Origin: Campylobacterales bacterium
GTDB taxonomy: Bacteria > Campylobacterota > Campylobacteria > Campylobacterales > UBA6016
Length of the DNA: 55,890 nucleotides
Reading direction: 5' to 3'
Assembly (NCBI GenBank): GCA_031960985.1
Contig: JAVRLX010000003.1
Coordinates: 1-55,890 of the forward strand
Positions 54,652-55,890 of the stretch are shown in pieces. A model generated the notes under the pieces. It made no database searches and was not told where the DNA came from. It worked only from the letters and a program-made list of their open reading frames with translations. The position numbers were made by a program, and so were the translations under genes. Every line of letters begins with the position of its first letter. Position 1 is the stretch's first letter.

Positions 54652-55890
54652 ATGCCTGGAACTACGATGTTAAAAAAGATGTCAGATACGATTAAGTTTT
54701 TGGCTTGCGATATGGTGCAAGCGGCAAATTCTGGTCATCCTGGGATGCCGATGGGGCTTAGCGATATTATGAGCGTGTTTAACTCTTTTTACAAACACAA
54801 CCCATCAAATCCAAAGTGGCTAAATAGAGATAGGTTGGTATTTTCTGGAGGGCATGGGAGCGCACTTATTTATGCCCTTTTGCACCTTTGGGGATACGAT
54901 GTATCTTTAGATGATCTCAAAAACTTTAGACAACTTGGCTCAAAAACTCCAGGCCATCCAGAGTATGGGCACACTCCAGGCGTTGAGGTAACTACAGGGC
55001 CTCTTGGGCAAGGCTTTGCTAATGCCGTTGGTTTTGCCCTTGCTTCTGCTTATGCGGCGCACTTGCTTAATACCCCAACCGCAAAAGTTATCGACCACAA
55101 AGTTTATTGTTTTTGCGGCGATGGCGACCTTGAAGAGGGGATTAGTTATGAGGCGGCAAGCCTTGCTGGACACCACGCCCTTTCAAATTTGATAGTTGTG
55201 TATGATAGCAACAATATTACGATAGAGGGTGAGGCCACTATTGCGCTATCAGAAAATATTAGAGGTAGGTTTGAGGCACAAGGGTGGAGTGTGCTGGAGA
55301 TAGATGGGCACGATTATACGCAGATAGAGAGCGCGTTTAGTGAAGCGGTAAGCGCTAAAAGCGGTAAGCCAACACTAATAATAGCAAAAACAAAAATTGC
55401 AAAAGGCGCTGTTACAATGGAGGGCTCACACCATACGCACGGAGCGCCTCTTGGTGAAGAGGAGATAAAAAAATCCAAAATTGCGGCTGGATTTGATGGG
55501 GATTTGAAATTCTTTATCCCAGAGGATGTGCTTATTAGATTTAGATGCGCAAAAGAAAAAGGGGAGTTAGAGGAGAGGCTTTGGAATAAAATGCTTTTAG
55601 AGCTTCCAGAGAGGGAAAAAAATGATTATTTGGCGGCTCTTTTAAACCCAGATTTTGAAAAAGTAGTCTATCCTGAGTTTGAAACTGGCTCAAAAGTGGC
55701 GACAAGAGATTCAAATGGCAAAATTCTAAACGCAATAGCCAAAGCATACCCTGGTTTTATCGGTGGAAGCGCAGATTTGTCTCCATCTAATAAAACTGAG
55801 CTAAACGGGCTTGGCGATTTTCCAAAGGGGCGAAATATTCGATTTGGTATTCGTGAGCATTCGATGGGGGCTATCACAAATGCTATTTCG
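54652..55890 (+). CDS. tkt: transketolase, N-terminal 413 codons (runs off the window)
   Basis: Not in the ORF track because it is open-ended. Manual translation from ATG 54652 gives 'MPGTTMLKKMSDTIKFLACDMVQAANSGHPGMPMGLSDI...'. It includes 'GDGDLEEG' (the ThDP GDG motif) near 55120. Confidence 0.92.
   Translation, partial: MPGTTMLKKMSDTIKFLACDMVQAANSGHPGMPMGLSDIMSVFNSFYKHNPSNPKWLNRDRLVFSGGHGSALIYALLHLWGYDVSLDDLKNFRQLGSKTPGHPEYGHTPGVEVTTGPLGQGFANAVGFALASAYAAHLLNTPTAKVIDHKVYCFCGDGDLEEGISYEAASLAGHHALSNLIVVYDSNNITIEGEATIALSENIRGRFEAQGWSVLEIDGHDYTQIESAFSEAVSAKSGKPTLIIAKTKIAKGAVTMEGSHHTHGAPLGEEEIKKSKIAAGFDGDLKFFIPEDVLIRFRCAKEKGELEERLWNKMLLELPEREKNDYLAALLNPDFEKVVYPEFETGSKVATRDSNGKILNAIAKAYPGFIGGSADLSPSNKTELNGLGDFPKGRNIRFGIREHSMGAITNAIS

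Noticed and set aside
1-55890. Search for CRISPR arrays, IS elements/transposases, integrases, prophage genes, toxin-antitoxin pairs, and tRNA/rRNA genes
   Set aside because: No short regularly spaced repeats, no transposase/integrase-like ORFs, no cloverleaf-capable intergenic segments and no rRNA-like stretches were seen. Every spacer above 80 nt (841-922, 9936-10135, 27436-27551, 31314-31492, 34224-34466, 36511-36693, 47300-47400, 50326-50431) looks like ordinary promoter/terminator DNA. The window is core genome apart from the nuo input-module peculiarities.

Overview
Core chromosomal segment of a Campylobacterota (epsilonproteobacterial) genome, Campylobacter/Sulfurospirillum-like and AT-rich by eye (GC not computed). 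It is almost fully coding. I found no tRNA or rRNA genes, CRISPR arrays, transposases or integrases. Gene order, left to right: (1) a minus-strand housekeeping block, trxB (partial)-trxA-methyltransferase-yraN-hom-aminotransferase-RodZ-like protein-two rRNA methyltransferases-rpmE-rsmE, which resembles the C. jejuni Cj0146c-Cj0156c region as I remember it; (2) an orphan AAA+ ATPase; (3) a ~17.3 kb nuo (complex I) operon, nuoABCD-[74-aa ORF]-[NuoF-tail::GltD-like flavoprotein]-nuoG-nuoG'-nuoHIJKLMN; (4) hpf; (5) hisD-fba-peb4-like on the minus strand; (6) an operonic pgp2/csd6-like plus pgp1/csd4-like peptidoglycan peptidase pair; (7) bcp and a small lipoprotein; (8) rnhB with a translationally coupled P-loop ATPase; (9) the complete S10-spc-alpha ribosomal cluster from rpsJ to rplQ, including secY, map, infA, rpmJ and rpoA, but no rpmD and no adk; (10) nfu-like, a hypothetical, murE, a thioredoxin-like [2Fe-2S] ferredoxin, panD, ybaB, ispA and the 5' part of tkt. 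The most unusual content is the electron-input end of the nuo operon. Canonical nuoE and nuoF are absent. In their place are a cysteine-free 74-aa protein and a 665-aa fusion of a NuoF C-terminal-like segment with a GltD/NfnB-type NAD(P)H flavoprotein. Two tandem nuoG paralogues follow, and they share a 591-bp tract that is 100 % identical (recent gene conversion). Secondary points are a dense cluster of PglB-type N-glycosylation sequons in the RodZ-like membrane protein and the operonic linkage of the two helical-shape peptidoglycan peptidases. All product calls rest on my reading of the translated ORFs (motifs, length, synteny); no database search was run.
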